Assembly: GCA_017499595.2 (NCBI GenBank)
Contig: CM038998.1
Span: 4,154,001 to 4,218,000 of the forward strand
From: Psilocybe cubensis
Lineage: Eukaryota
Reading direction: 5' to 3'
Length of the DNA stretch: 64,000 nt
A program made the translations under genes and the position numbers. The stretch's first letter is position 1; each line of letters starts with the position of its first letter. Below are positions 1 through 13,674 of the stretch, one piece after another. The notes under the pieces are model-generated. The model had not been told where the DNA came from. It did not search any database and worked only from the letters and a program-made list of their open reading frames with translations.

Positions 1-820
1 TTGTCAGCGATGAATCCAGCGACAGTTCTTCTTCATAGGGTGTCACTGATGTATCTAAATCGGACAACTGGGCGTCAGAGTCCTCGTTTGTCCGTCTCTG
101 CACTTCTCCAAGTTGAAATGAGAATGGCATTTGATGGGAGCCTAGAAGTTTGCCGTCTTTAACTGGACTAAGCTTATGCCATAATAGATAGCTTTGATCC
201 AAGATTTTGGTAGAAGATTCGGAGTACCAGTTCCATACCTTGCCCTGAAGCTGTTGAAGCAAATCAACAAATTTCATCAATCACAAAAAATCTACACGCA
301 CAGCGACAGTAATCTGCTCAATAATACCCTTTGGACTGTCTATATCCAGCTCTAGCATTCCGAGCACCGGTTCCTGACCATATATCACGGGCACTCTGAG
401 AGTAGTTTGAGATGATTTAGGCATTCCAGGCATAGTCTTCGGGGTGAACAGGTACACGGTTGCCCACGGCTTTTTGCTTTGGACGGAGAAGGCATGCTCG
501 TAGTGTTGCACCACAAGCGAATCTTCATTGGGTTGTTCCACTGTTGGATGGGATGTCGATATGGTCGAATATCGTGGAGGAAGGACGGTGCGATCAGATT
601 GGAAGGATGACCGACTGGCTCTAGTACGATATTGAGGCCGCTGTGCGGAAAGCACTTGAAATCTGAGTGTCTTCCCTCGTATATCCTGCTCGAAAGAAGA
701 TGGCGCGTCTGCTTCTTCGGCTGAATCGCTGTATTGCGGCAATATGGTATTAATGCTCAGTGCTACGCTGTAAACAGAGGATCTCAAAGATGTTTCCTCG
801 TTCGATTGGATGTCGGGCAT
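1..820 (-). CDS. Hypothetical protein, probably arrestin-N-like; runs off the left edge
   Basis: ORF 281-820 ends in VLGMLELDIDSPKGIIEQITVAV at a GTGCGT donor (~300). Downstream minus-strand sequence reads ...GKLLGSHQMPFSFQL..., resembling the G-x-x-x-x-PFSF strand of fungal arrestin-like proteins. Confidence 0.5.
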
Positions 821-1414
821 CTTTAATCTTCAATACTTGGGAAGAAGTAGTAGGGATTCGTGGTAGATAGAGTTAAAGCTTGAAGCATTGACGTTGTGTG
901 ATCTATGAAGCTTGACGCATGGGCACTTTTTGATGGTTCCCAAATCCTAGCCTCCGCTCGAAGCCAAAGTCCCCACAGTCGATCCAAGTTCGGCGGCTTC
1001 TCGGCGGTTATTTATATTGGAATTCAATTCATGGACTACTAATAAAGTGACATTGACAATTAGTTATCAGAATGAAGAGACCCACAAGTCATTAAATTAT
1101 GGCTATGCAAGATCAGCCATTGAAAAATGATCTACTAGCAACCCTCAAACCGAAAAATTTTCTAGATGAATTTTAGCCAAAATGGGCAATAACTTGCTGA
1201 AGGTTTCATAGTCCGTATGTCGCCATGAAGTCGAGCTGTGTGTTACCCCAGGTGTCTCGCCGGTGATCGATTGGTCCGGTTAAATATTTCACCTCTGTCA
1301 GAATTGTCGATGTCTTCTTCTGCACACTATCAGCACAGCAAGTCAAGATTGGATGCACGGGAGGAATTGGTTCGGGTACAAATACACAGGTCTTGGTACA
1401 ATTGTGGCTTTTTG

Positions 1415-1827
1415 TCATGAAACTGGTGCTGAGCCAACTTTTCTCTCCGCCGTTACTTTGTAGGAAATGTCAACATAGAAGAGTCTAGACCTGAAAAGAG
1501 AACGCACACCACGGTTTTCGGTCCATGGGACACTGCTGTTTTGACGCGGCAGTTCCAATCCACTTCAAGAGGCAGTGCATATGAAAGACATGTGTACATT
1601 CTCCCCAAACTACGTGCAACCCCGTGAACATCGTTAGCGCATAAAGGAATCAAATACTCACTAAGCGGACAGTCATCACCAGGCATCTTACACGATGGAC
1701 AGCAGCCTTCATAGGGTACTCTACAGATACCACAGACATCACCTTCGCCGTCATCGTCCTGCTCTGAGTGCCCTGTGTCCCACCGCCACTGCGCGACTGC
1801 GTGCCATTGCTTGACGGTAACTTTCAT
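1415..1827 (-). CDS. APC11: Anaphase-promoting complex subunit 11 (RING-H2), 3 exons
   Basis: Spliced translation MKVTVKQWHAVAQWRW...DVCGICRVPYEGCCPSCKMPGDDCPL-IWGECTHVFHMHCLLKWIGTAASKQQCPMDRKPW-VTAERKVGSAPVS*; two GT-AG introns; stop at 1417-1415. Confidence 0.95.
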
Positions 1828-2990
1828 GACTATTCAAAATTCGAATAATGAAATAAGAGAAAAAACAGGGTAGAGAGTCGCGATATTAACGCGTCAGTTG
1901 CAATGATTGTATGGAAAGATTATCTGTGACGCGGTTGAACCAAGTAAACGCGCCTTCCACCGCGTCTGGGCTTATGTAACAGATTCAAATTCCGATGACC
2001 CTTTCGGGAACTTGCCGAATACATGCCGAGTTCTGTTAGTGCCCTGAGTCTCGAAAGATGCAATAAGTTTTCATTGCACAACAAATTCTGTATAAATTTA
2101 GAGAGTGCTTCCAAAGATTTGCATATACAACGTTTACTAATACAAAAAGTTCGACTTGGGAGAAAGCGTCCTAGTAGTAACCGGGGATCGATCGACAAAA
2201 TCGAGTAGAGACGTAAATTCTGGCAGTAAACGTGCTGAAAGTCGAGCCATAGAAGAAATGCACACACCAGAGACGGTGAATAAATATGGGAGGTGTGTCG
2301 AGGTAATATAGATAAAAGAAGGCAAGCAGACCATCGTACAAGTACAGATGAAGAAGAGGATAGGGGCTCAGAGAAAGCAAGAACAAGTGAAGATGTGATG
2401 ATGGAGGGAAATTGCATATCTAGACCATTTGAGAAGAACTAGAACCAAAATTGAGTGAGAGAGAAGATGAGAGAGAAAACAAGAAGAACAAGCCATATCG
2501 TGAGCTTTCGAAATGGATAGATAGGATATTTTGAATGGCAAGTAAGGTTGTCAAGTGTACGAAAAGATGGCAAAATTTTGCGCATATTTTTGAAAGTGTC
2601 CGTTTTAGTGGTTACAGCTGAGACCTTCGGCCTGAAGTTTTTGCATGCTTGTGTCTTTTGGTGTAAATCGAGGGTTAGTTGAATATTCGAACTGGTCCCC
2701 TTGTTCGACTGGTGTCTGGTTTTGTCTTCTCTACACTGGTCGTTTATCGAGTAATTCTCGCTGTAGTGTACGAGAAGATAAAGTGTATTGTTGCAATACG
2801 TGGTTGCCTTCGAGTTATTATCCTCCTGATGCCCGCCACGCATTATGTATCTTTGCCTCTAATCCGGAGCAAAGATCAATCAAGTTCGCCACGACGAAGG
2901 AATTTAGTTTTGGTCAGGATGCTTTGAGAAAAAATACAGGTATAGGGAATATGAAATTTGTATATGATGCGACGATAATGCTGGGCCAGA

Positions 2991-5535
2991 TTATTGTTCG
3001 AAGCCAGCTCCTCCTTGAAGGGAGGCCATCCATATTCGTGTTTTGTACAACCTATAGTACCATGGATATATGTTTCCATAAATATAGCAGAGACAAAGCA
3101 GAGGGACGTACCGGAAGAGCTCTCTAACCAGCTCTCTGAAATCAATCCTCTTCTCAGCCACGAAATAAAACGTCAACTTTCTGCGATCCCATTGATACTC
3201 GGCGTCAATAACCTCCATAGGAAGCTTCTTCGCGCGGACTTTACTCTGACATAACTGCAGAGCTTTCGCCTCGTCCTCAGTTTTCGTGGCCAACAACCTT
3301 GAAAAGAGGAAAGTAAGAAGCAGGTAAGTATCAAAGACTCACAAACACGAGGTAAGAAACAGAATGATGCAAATGTACGCCGAGTATATCAGAATATAGC
3401 GAGAGGAATACGCACTGCAGTTCCTGTTGCCCTGCCTTCTTATAAATCTGCTTAGGATTAATATCCTTCTTTCCTCCCGCGCCGCCACCTCCAGGGCTTG
3501 TTGGCACTCCATCATCCCCTCCACCACTTCCACTTCCGAATCCTTTCTCCGCTTGCTGCCTCTGGAAAGCCTCCACCTCCGCAAGCGTAATGCTATCATT
3601 CACCACCTTACCCAAATCCTTCCCTCTGTCCGCCTCCACAATCACCAAATCTCCAATCCTGATGTTCTGTGACAAATCCACGAGATAAAACAAGTCCGTC
3701 CTCCCAGCTTTAAATTCGACGATGAAGAGGGGGCAGGACGCGGGGACCGAGTGCAGTGGTACGCCTTTGCCTAGGTCTGCAAGGTTCGTCCCCGGGCCGG
3801 ATCCCGGCCCTCCAGCACCTTGCCCGGAAGGGTGAGCAGAAGTGGGCGTAGGAGGCTGCTGGTGCTGCGCGTCCGACATCCGGCGCTGTGTCTGCGGGTA
3901 ATATGGTGGTTGCTGGGGATTAATAGGACGGGTGCTGGGCGAGATAGGGGACTGCAGGGTGTTGGAGTACGACGGCGCGCGTGCGCGCACGTACTGTGCA
4001 TTATTGCCAGTGTTATTGTTGCCTATCCCATGGTGTGACTGCTGCTGTTGGGATTGTTGTTGGTTGTGGTGAGGAAGTTGTTGGTGGTGTTGAGGTTGGA
4101 AATGCTGTGATTGTTGGTGTTGGGGAATACCGTACTGAATGCCGTGTCCGGGCATGTATCGAGCAGGAGGGTCCTGTTGCTGCTGTTGCGAAGGCAGGGC
4201 TCTAGACACATTGTACTGATGATCATCGTACAACCCTCTCGGTGGGCTGCCTCCCGAGGAGTAATCTCCACTGTCGCTCGGCGTGCCCACGGGCTGCCTG
4301 GAATAGTTGTTATTGTTCCCGCTCGGGATGGTGAGATTGATGGATTGGTAATTCGACATCAGATCTCTCGAAGGCGGGCTGCGCGAGAGCGGCGCGTAAA
4401 TAGGCAGAGAAGAGGGCTGACTCGGCGGATGTTGATGTGAAGAGGTCGATGAAGGGAGAGCATCACTAGGATTGATGTTCAACAGCCCAAGATCACTGGC
4501 AAGCTCGTCATCTGAAAGTAGCAGCCCACTACCGCGCCCACTGTAGGCAGACTGAAAAGTGGGCCGCGGGGCATCCTCGGAGGTGTCTACCCCGCCTAGA
4601 AGGGGCGCATTGAACCCCACAATGTTGCCTCGACGAGGCTGCACGACGCTGACACTGTGTCGTCGACTGGTCGTGCCACTTCCACCGCCGCCATTCTCAT
4701 CACGCGGCGGGTTCATCCCGGCCCATAGCTCTCTGAATGCAGATCCGTCATCCAGCAGAATTTGGCCAACATCCCGGACGAAGGGACTCATATTGGAAAT
4801 ATCCGTCTGCTGGTTCCTGCCGTGGTACCCGTTCCCCGAAAGCGAGCCACCGGTCGGAGACGAGGTGGATGGCGACCTGCCCACTGTCCCAAGCGAACCG
4901 TAGCGGCTCTGCCCAGGGGGCCTGATCTCTCCGTAACCCCGTCCACTGGACGGGATATTCAGGGGATTCGTATGGGAGAGATATGATTCATTCCAGCTCT
5001 GCATTGCAGAGGACCCCGTGTAAGGGCTTCCAACGGGGCCAGGACGTCCAGTCGCTAGAGACTGGGACCGGGAACGACTGATGTCCTGATTGTAGTTGTT
5101 CCGCCCACGAGCCAAAGAGGGTGGTACGTAACGCTCATCATACGTGTCCGAAAGGGCCTCGGACTCGTCATCCTCGAAGGTGGATGGGAATGCACGATCG
5201 CGCATGGTCGATGAGAAGGGGTTCTGGGGGTGCGAAGAGAACGAGGAGCTCCTAATCGGAATAGGCTGTCCGCGATTTGGGCTCAACATGCGTGAACTGG
5301 CGCTCGAGGTATTGCTGTTAGACCATGGGCCCCCGACGGCGGACGGAATAAAATGTTGAGTAGGCGGAGACGAGACAAAAGAGGCGGCGTCAGACGAGCG
5401 AGGGGGCTGGCTCGCAGCCCTTTCCCGAAGGTGCGCTGCCCCTCCGTTTTCTGGCCCCAGTGTATTTCCCTGGAATCTGCTCTTGCGATCATCGTCACCG
5501 TCGTTGCTGTCGTGCCCCGAGCCACTTCGTTCCAT
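2991..5535 (-). CDS. PSP1 C-terminal-domain protein with a long S/P/Q-rich N-terminus, 3 exons (5535-3416, 3297-3112, 3051-2991)
   Basis: FIVEFKAGRTDLFY...IGDLVIVEADRGKDLG...LPMEVIDAEYQWDRRKLTFYFVAEKRIDFRELVRELFR-LYKTRIWM is the PSP1-C signature; splice sites preserve the frame. Confidence 0.9.
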
Positions 5536-5877
5536 TTGTCACTTTTGGATGTACGCTGATTACGACACCGTTCAGGGGGCGGTTCAAGGAGACTACTGCT
5601 GGAACAGTGTGGTGATCCCCTGGTATCGGAATCAATGTATCTGAGGGTTCTACGGGTCTACTGGCCTGCTGGCTGTTGCTGTCTCAGCTCCGGAGAACAA
5701 AGAAGAGAAGGGTAACCGAGACGTACCCGTTGTCGTCTCAAGTATATGGAAATTAAGCAGCTGTGAGATCTAATAAGATTTGCTATCTAAGTGGTGTGGA
5801 AGAAAGAGAGAAAGAGAAAGAGAAGAAACGTCTATGGAGGATCAGAAGAAGGGACGATGAGGAGGAGATTTGTGAAA

Positions 5878-7500
5878 GCGCCCTGGGAGCGGACTTATGC
5901 CCAGCTGACCTCCTCCATCGGCTACAACCACATAAAGTCACATGTTCGTCCCTCCAATACATTTCAAACATACTCCTTCTCTTGTTCTTCCACCACGCCA
6001 AACAGCTCACATGTCGCACACTACTCCTTAAGCCGCCGGTGTGAGCCCAGGCGCAATTCTCAGGCAACTCTAGCTGCTTTCAGAAAGCAATCCTTTCTCT
6101 AGGCCCTGTGATCACCAACTATCACCTCATTTACGTCAAACAATCTGGGGTTGACTGAACTGCAGTTCCGGCGTAGTTCGTCTTAATTTAGGCGCTATAC
6201 ATTTCGTTTAGAATATGTTTATTAGTGTGCAACACAAAATCAAAGTGCTATGGCGCACTGGTGAGTGTTGCTCGCCTTCCTACGCTAATGCTTACTATCA
6301 GGATTTGTATATCCAGAGGACCATGTGTAGGTTGTGTTTGCGTTATTGGTAGATGCTATACATATACAGCTATACATATACTCGCCCCAACATAATGTCC
6401 CTGGTGCCGAGCCGAGTCAACGATCGTGTGCGCCACACAGATCAATATGAACCAATGTTTATCAGGCAGGCAGTCCACCGTAGGTATAGCGGCTATGCTT
6501 TCTCAAGTTCCCTCAGCAAAGCTGGATTTCTCCGTACCCAAAGAAGACCGCTGTCTAGACTTTGGCTGGGCATCACTCGTCTTGGTGCATCTTTCGCGCT
6601 GTCTATTTATGTTTCGTTCTCTGCTTTCTCGACGGATCTAGATTCGACGCTGTACTGCTATGAAGCATGAGCTACTTGAGGGCCTCATAAATCCTGATCC
6701 AGTCGCGTGCATGTTCTCCTATTCGGAAACAAATGACATGTTAAAAGGACTAACCGTGCATCGTAAGGTAATTTCCTTGTAAAATAAAGTCATTTTGGAT
6801 TGATACCTGTTGGACTACAGCGTAACATTGTTGGTGCATAACCAACTCGCTTTTCCTAGGAGGAAGAATCTGTCTGCATCTGATAGATTCTTGTCATCCC
6901 AGTGAGGACTGCATCAAAATATAGCCCTGCGGAACGAATCTCTCGAGCTCGAGGCACAATGGCAATCAGACTTCCAGCGTGCGAGGCCACCTTTGCACAA
7001 TGTTCCCAAGGAACCGCAAATCATGGAAAATACCGCACCAGCCACGCCGCTGTAGATCAATGTGTCTGGGAGAGTTCACACCGTCCACTACAATTTAGCG
7101 TAAGCTCTGGCCGACCAATGGGATTGCGAGAGCGAGGTGGAGCAGACTTCAATTCAATCTGAGGGCGAACCCGCGAAGCTTTGTGAGCCTTAAAATGTAC
7201 CAGCAAAAGCTTGTGGCAAGTCGCGTCGGCGTGACATAGTGGGACTTGTCATTTGGATATAGTCCACTGTTTCTGTCAGAAAACCATATTCACCTATCAC
7301 TCAAATTGAGCCATGGGATAGAGAAATCTAGCCACAGCCTTTTGTGTAGGCAATATCGACGTATTGTCGCGGCTTATTCCAGGTCTGTTCACGTGCTTTG
7401 CTGGACCCTACCAGTCAACAGTCGCTGATAAAGCGACTTGGCAAATATTTACATCCTGACTGACGATTCACATAAAGTTGGCGGATCGACCGAGTGTTAG
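5878..7500 (+). repeat. Segmental direct duplication, copy 1 (pairs with 11490-13127)
   Basis: Near-identical ORF translations offset by 5583 bp (6353/11936, 6902/12485); shared ends GCGCCCTGGGAGCGG and GATCGACCGAGTGTTAG. Confidence 0.95.
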
Positions 7501-8205
7501 GCAATGGGATTGCGAGAGCGAGGTGGAATGATCCGAGAAAGTGATGGGAACAGAGAATAATTTCCTTATAAGAGATGATTTTCTCATGAAAAGCGACCCT
7601 GATGAAAAGAGATAGAAGTTTTTTCTCTGTTTTCGCAATATCTACTGACATAATTTCTCCCCGCCCGAAGGCCTCTGTACATCGAAAAGGAGGGCAGACA
7701 AACTGCCCTGGCACAGCAATGTGCTCACAGAAGGTATGGCGGTCTGGCATAAGGACGGCGTACGGTCTGCACCTTCCCAATCCCCCTCACTCTTTATACT
7801 TTTTCTATAGCCCACGTGCGCTTCTTTATGCTAGACGAGATTACGGCGCAATGTAACATAAACATTATTTAGTAGCCGCTCACATAGTATATCAACGTAA
7901 TACTCCTCAAGCACGGTGCGCAGTGATACGTGGCGCCTTATTTTTTTTCTGTTTATTATCGTGCAACAAGTAATCGATGTGCTAAGACGCACGGGTACAT
8001 GAGCTGTTTGGAGTCGACTGAGAGCGCATGGTATGTGGTTGTTTTTATGTTTCTCGTTACTGTTGTTTTGATTCTAGTACAATGTTATTGATGATGTAAA
8101 ATATGTTTATGTTTACGAGATTACCAGAACCGCCCGCCATGTAGCAGCGGAAGGGCCCGATTCCTCCCCTGTTCTACACAGAACGTCATGGCGCATGCAG
8201 TTGTA

Positions 8206-8495
8206 TCACGGGCGACAAGGGCAAGAGCACTCCCTGCCCTGCATCCGGCTCAGCACATGATACACAAAGCATGCAAACTTTGGTAGCAACTCGTCGTGGC
8301 CCAGGAAGCGGCGAAGCAGGTCATATCTGTCTCCAGTCTTTTTCACGTCCCAGCATTCCCTCGGGTAAGCCTCTTTTGCTTCATTCAAGAGAACCAGTCT
8401 TCTCAGCTTTATCGGGAGGGGGCATTCTAGACATTCCATCAAAGCATGAGGTTTGTCTTCAATATCTGTTTTCAGAACCGGCATAGTCTTCTATA
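8206..8495 (-). mobile_element. Degenerate 3' fragment of a non-LTR (LINE-like) retrotransposon ORF2
   Basis: Minus strand reads RRLCRF(1-nt frameshift)KTDIEDKPHALMEC...LRR..., matching the RxCRFC...E...HA..EC zinc-knuckle region at the end of fungal LINE reverse transcriptases. Confidence 0.55.
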
Positions 8496-11489
8496 TTGAC
8501 AAAGCATGCTTTGAAAAGGAGACACTACAAGTCCTCGCTGAGGCTAAAAATTACAAAAACAGGAATTGGCGCGGGATACTGATTTTTGCGACTGTCAAAG
8601 TCAAAATACGGCGATTATACAAACCCCTCTATTCTTAGGACACAGTAGATACCTTGGCGTAGAAAGGTGAGAAACACTTACCACGAAGTAACCGCGCTCC
8701 AACAAACTCAAACACAAAATTGAAAAAGGCTTACAAACCCACATTCCGTACACCCTCCTCCTGCCCCAATTCAACATTCCACACCATTTCTAAGGCTCAG
8801 ATCCGGCTCTGCTTCTTTTTCACACTAGTTTGGCTTATATATAGCCCATGACAACGTCTAGAAGCAGCCTTGTAATGAGCTCCAGAGATGCAATTTGAAT
8901 GAATGCCATACTTACCTGCCCGCGCTCCCGAACCATTTCCGGGCGTTTTTACAGTTTCTTGAGTCTTGGACGAGTTAGTATGCTAGGAGCTTCTGTGGAG
9001 TAGTTCAGGGGCTCACGAAAATTGAAAAAAAGTATAAAAAAATTCGGCCGCGTGAATGGTTCTCCGGTGAGTTGGAAATCGAGAAATACGCTAAATGTGC
9101 TGTTTCCGAGCACTTGAACGGGATATCTATAAACCACATAAGTACTGGCTATAGCCTTTGAATACAGGTTGAAGTGAAAAAAATTACAGCTAAAACAGAA
9201 AACCGCACATTAGACGCCCATTGCAATACACACCGATTTTACAACAACACACACCTTTGCAGCACACATTCCGCCAGACACACTATATACCCACACGGCC
9301 CAGCACCCAACCCGCAACGCGCAGCACAAATACGAGTCAAAAACCAAAAAAAACTTAGCGTTCTTGGCACCCTCCTCCTCCTCCTCCGATTCCGCACTTC
9401 ACCGTGTTTCGTTTGCTCAATTGCTCTTTTGCCGCACATATCCGGTGCTAGTACGCACCCTACTCGGCTCGCATATATTGCATTGCAATGCCCTAGAAGC
9501 ACACTTTGCAATGAGTTGCAAAGATGCGTGAATTCAATGGAAAGACATGTACGTTGCCCGTGTGTTTTCTGCTGAGCATATCGCCCTTTTTTTCTGTGTT
9601 TTGGGGATACTGGAATGTTAGGGGTAGCTCAGGGTCGGGTCATACGGGTGAAAGAGTCGTAAATCAATAGAACACTTGTGACATTGTACTGAATCATTAC
9701 CGCCGTTTTGGAGCTTTGTAAATCCACCAAATACATCATAGTCACCTGTATATGAGCTATTTGAGCACTCAAGCAGAAGAGATTACAGAGCTGAAGATGT
9801 GGATTGCGGAGAAAGTCAAGAAACCGTTAAGCGCCGGCCGCGATTCAATTCACTTGCAAAACACATTTCGCCACATTTCGTTTTCTTTCATATCGCATTC
9901 TATCTATCTCACGCTATTCCAGGTAACGTTCACTTTTGCAATTTACGAGCTTTGATCCTAAACAGATTCTGTATTTACAACATGCGAGCTCGTCCAATCG
10001 CGATGCAAACTCAACTCAAATGACTGAAGAATGAAGAAAAGAAAACATAACGAAACAAAAGATCGAGACGAATCCGGAACCCAGCATCCATCCTTACATA
10101 CACCCACATAGCACTAGTTGAAAAAAAAAATTTGTACTCAAACGTAACGTAAACAGCGGCGGAATTCAAACGAGAAGGGGAGCTTTCCTTGCACTAGCCG
10201 TCCCTGGAAGAAGAGTTCTGTATAAAAAAGGCCAGAGATGTGGTTGGGATTATTCATCCCCTCGGCCTTTTCTCTCATCTCCTCTCCTTTCCCTCCAGCT
10301 CTGCACCAACACCAACCGCGTCCCACTGTGAGTCACAGCCGCTCTCATCCTTCCTCGCAGCTGATACCGCCCCCAGACCGTTCCTCTCGCCCACAAGTGC
10401 GACACCGTCGATGTAAGTGTCCCTGCGACGCGACACAACAAGCTGACCAACCGTAGTACAAAGCACCAGCTGGCACAGCTGGCAGACACATGAACGCAAC
10501 GCCGGTCGCCAACGCGCAGCCTTAATGCATCCCCGCGCCCAACACTTGTTTTTGACCCCGAAACGCGTCGGGCGTCGTCTGAGAGCGTGTAAGCAGCAGC
10601 ATTCGCAATAGAATGTGTGACTTACCTATACGCACTCTGTAGATCCCGCCTGTGCTCTCGTTCTGACCACGGCATGCTGGATACGCCCATGGTAAAATGT
10701 CCCAAAAAAATGCCTTTACGCCGTTGCTGACGCATCCCCACAGCAGGGTTACACCGGCTGCCCCGACCACGACGACGACGAAGGTGTAACTGGAGGACAA
10801 TACAACGGGACACACCGACGCGACTGCGAGGATGACAACCTCGGAGACGGTGAGGACACGACGGGACATGAGCTTGATGGAGCGGGACACGAGCTTGATG
10901 GTGACCAGGTAAGCAATGTCAACCTATGTAACGTACTTGTATCCACCCCGCGAGAGCAGCCATTCGTCCCGTCCCCCTGACCTTTGAGTACGTTGGTGAC
11001 ACCTGCAATGAACCAGAATGTTGACAAAAGGTGAGTGGGAGACAATGTTGCACGCACCAAGGTGGCAACACGACTGTCGGGGTAGGATAGTGTGTGTTTG
11101 AGATGCAGAGGGAGGGAGGGCGCGTGCGAGTACACTAGTAACAGCAAGGTGAGTCGTTGGCACTCTAGTTGACGCGCTGTTACTGACCGTCCACCTGTGC
11201 CTTGGCTAGCAAGGTGTTGGCACTCAGCATTGGTATGCGCTCAGTACGGCGCGATGGACATGAGAGGAGAGGAGATTTAGGGAAGGTGAGTCGGTCAGCA
11301 CAGACCAATGTCTGGGAAAGCACGGTGAGTGGAGAGAGCGTTGATGTAAGCCTCGAGTGAGCAGATGAGTGAGATAAGACTCCGCCTAGGATAGAAATGA
11401 AGTTGGTAGCGTAGACAAGTATGTAGCAACTTGAAGCAATGCGATCGAGTTTGACAGAAAAGAAGACGCGTCAGAGTGAGACAGAAGCC

Positions 11490-13127
11490 GCGCCCTGGGA
11501 GCGGACTTGTGCCCAGCTGACCTCCTCCATCGGCTACAACCACATGTTCGTCCCTCCAATACACACTCCTTCTCTTGTTCTTCCACCATCCCAAACTGCC
11601 TACATCTCGATGCTACTCCTCAAGCCGCCGGCGTGAGCCCAGGCGCGATTCTCATGCAACTCTAGCTACTTTCTGAAACCAATCCTTTCTCTAGGCCCTG
11701 TGATCACCAACTATCACGTCAAACAAACTGCGGTTGACTGAACTGCAGTCCCGGCGTAGTTCGTCTTAATTTAGGCGCTATACATTTCGTTTAGAATATG
11801 TTTATTAGTGTGCAACACAAAATCAAAGTGCTATGGCACACTGGTGAGTGTTGCTCGCCTTCCTACGCTAATGCTTACTATCAGGATTTGTATATCCAGA
11901 GGACCATGTGTAGGTTGTGTTTGCGTTATTGGTAGATGCTATACATATACAGCTATACATATACTCGCCCCAACATAATGTCCCTGGTGCCGAACCGAGT
12001 CAACGATCGTGTGCGCCACACAGATCAATATGAACCAATGTTTATCAGGCAGGCAGTCCACCGTAGGTATAGCGGCTATGCTTTCTCAAGTTCCCTCAGC
12101 AAAGCTGGATTTCTCCGTACCCAAAGAAGACCGCTGTCTAGACTTTGGCTGGGCATCACTCGTCTTGGTGCATCTTTCGCGCTGTCTATTTATGTTTCGT
12201 TCTCTGCTTTCTCGACGGATCTAGATTCGACGCTGTACTGCTATGAAGCATGAGCTACTTGAGGGCCTCATAAATCCTGATCCAGTCGCGTGCATGTTCT
12301 CCTACTCGGAAACAAATGACATGTTAAAAGGACTAACCGTGCATCGTAAGGTAATTTCCTTGTAAAATAAAGTCATTTTGGATTGATACCTGTTGGACTA
12401 CAGCGTAACATTGTTGGTGCATAACCAACTCGCTTTTCCTAGGAGGAAGAATCTGTCTGCATCTGATAGATTCTTGTCATCCCAGTGAGGACTGCATCAA
12501 AATATAGCCCTGCGGAACGAATCTCTCGAGCTCGAGGCACAATGGCAATCAGACTTCCAGCGTGCGAGGCCACCTTTGCACAATGTTCCCAAGGAACCGC
12601 AAATCATGGAAAATACCGCACCAGCCACGCCGCTGTAGATCAATGTGTCTGGGAGAGTTCACACCGTCCACTACAATTTAGCGTAAGCTCTGGCCGACCA
12701 ATGGGATTGCGAGAGCGAGGTGGAGCAGACTTCAATTCAATCTGAGGGCGAACCCGCGAAGCTTTGTGAGCCTTAAAATGTACCAGCAAAAGCTTGTGGC
12801 AAGCCGCGTCGGCGTGACATAGTGGGACTTGTCATTTGGATATAGTCCACTGTTTCTGTCAGAAAACCATATTCACCTATCACTCAAATTGAGCCATGGG
12901 ACTCAGTTCAGGTACCATAGAGAAATCTAGCTACAGCCTTTTGTGTAGGCAATATCGACGTATTGTTGCATCCCATTTTTGCGGCTTATTCCAGGTCTGT
13001 TCACGTCCTTTGCTGGACCCTACCAGTCAACAGTCGCTGATAAATTAACTTGGCAAATATTTACATCCTGGCTGGGCGTACTATGACTGACGATTCACAT
13101 AAAGTTGGAGGATCGACCGAGTGTTAG
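11490..13127 (+). repeat. Segmental direct duplication, copy 2 (pairs with 5878-7500)
   Basis: About 4 substitutions over ~1.15 kb of core; small deletions relative to copy 1 in its first ~250 bp. Confidence 0.95.
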
Positions 13128-13674
13128 ACAATCCTGTCAAGAAACAGTTGAACAACTCATATGCATCGTCAAGTAAAGAGGTAATATTGATTTCTTCAAT
13201 TATATAGCGGATATAATCTGAATGTCATGTAGAGCCCACCAATATTGCTTGCAAATATCTGCCTACTGATTCTTATAATCATGTTGTTTTTGACAAAGTG
13301 CGCGAAGCTGAAATTGATGTCGGCTTGTATGCCGTGTGTCTATTCAAGATCCGATGGAAAATGCCGTGAATGCCAGCGGCAAAATTGCTTTTGGAAATAT
13401 TTTCTCATCACCCATGTTAGATCCTTGCCGTCACCGATAAATCGAGCATTTGCAACCTCTCTGGAATTTCCTAGTACACCAAAATCTCACATATCTCTAA
13501 ACTTCTCTAGAAAGAGACCCTTATTTGTTGTGTACGTACATGCGTAAGGATATCCATTGACCCACCATCATCATTATCAGGGACCCAGACCATGTGCTCC
13601 AATGCTGCGCACAACCCCGTATTCTGTATTCACAGTCACTATATGTCCGCCTTTCTTGTTGATTTACCACTACC

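Noticed and set aside
3339-5559. Many alternative-frame and antisense ORFs over the PSP1 gene (likewise over other genes)
   Set aside because: Shadow ORFs of GC-rich coding sequence with no independent support.
6240-7162. Short ORFs and splice-like signals inside duplication 1
   Set aside because: No recognisable protein motif; apparent conservation only reflects the duplication.
8909-8960. ATACTTACCTG, identical to the U1 snRNA 5' end
   Set aside because: No U1-70K loop (GATCACGAAG-like), U1A loop or Sm site follows; equally explained as a minus-strand donor CAGGTAAGTAT.
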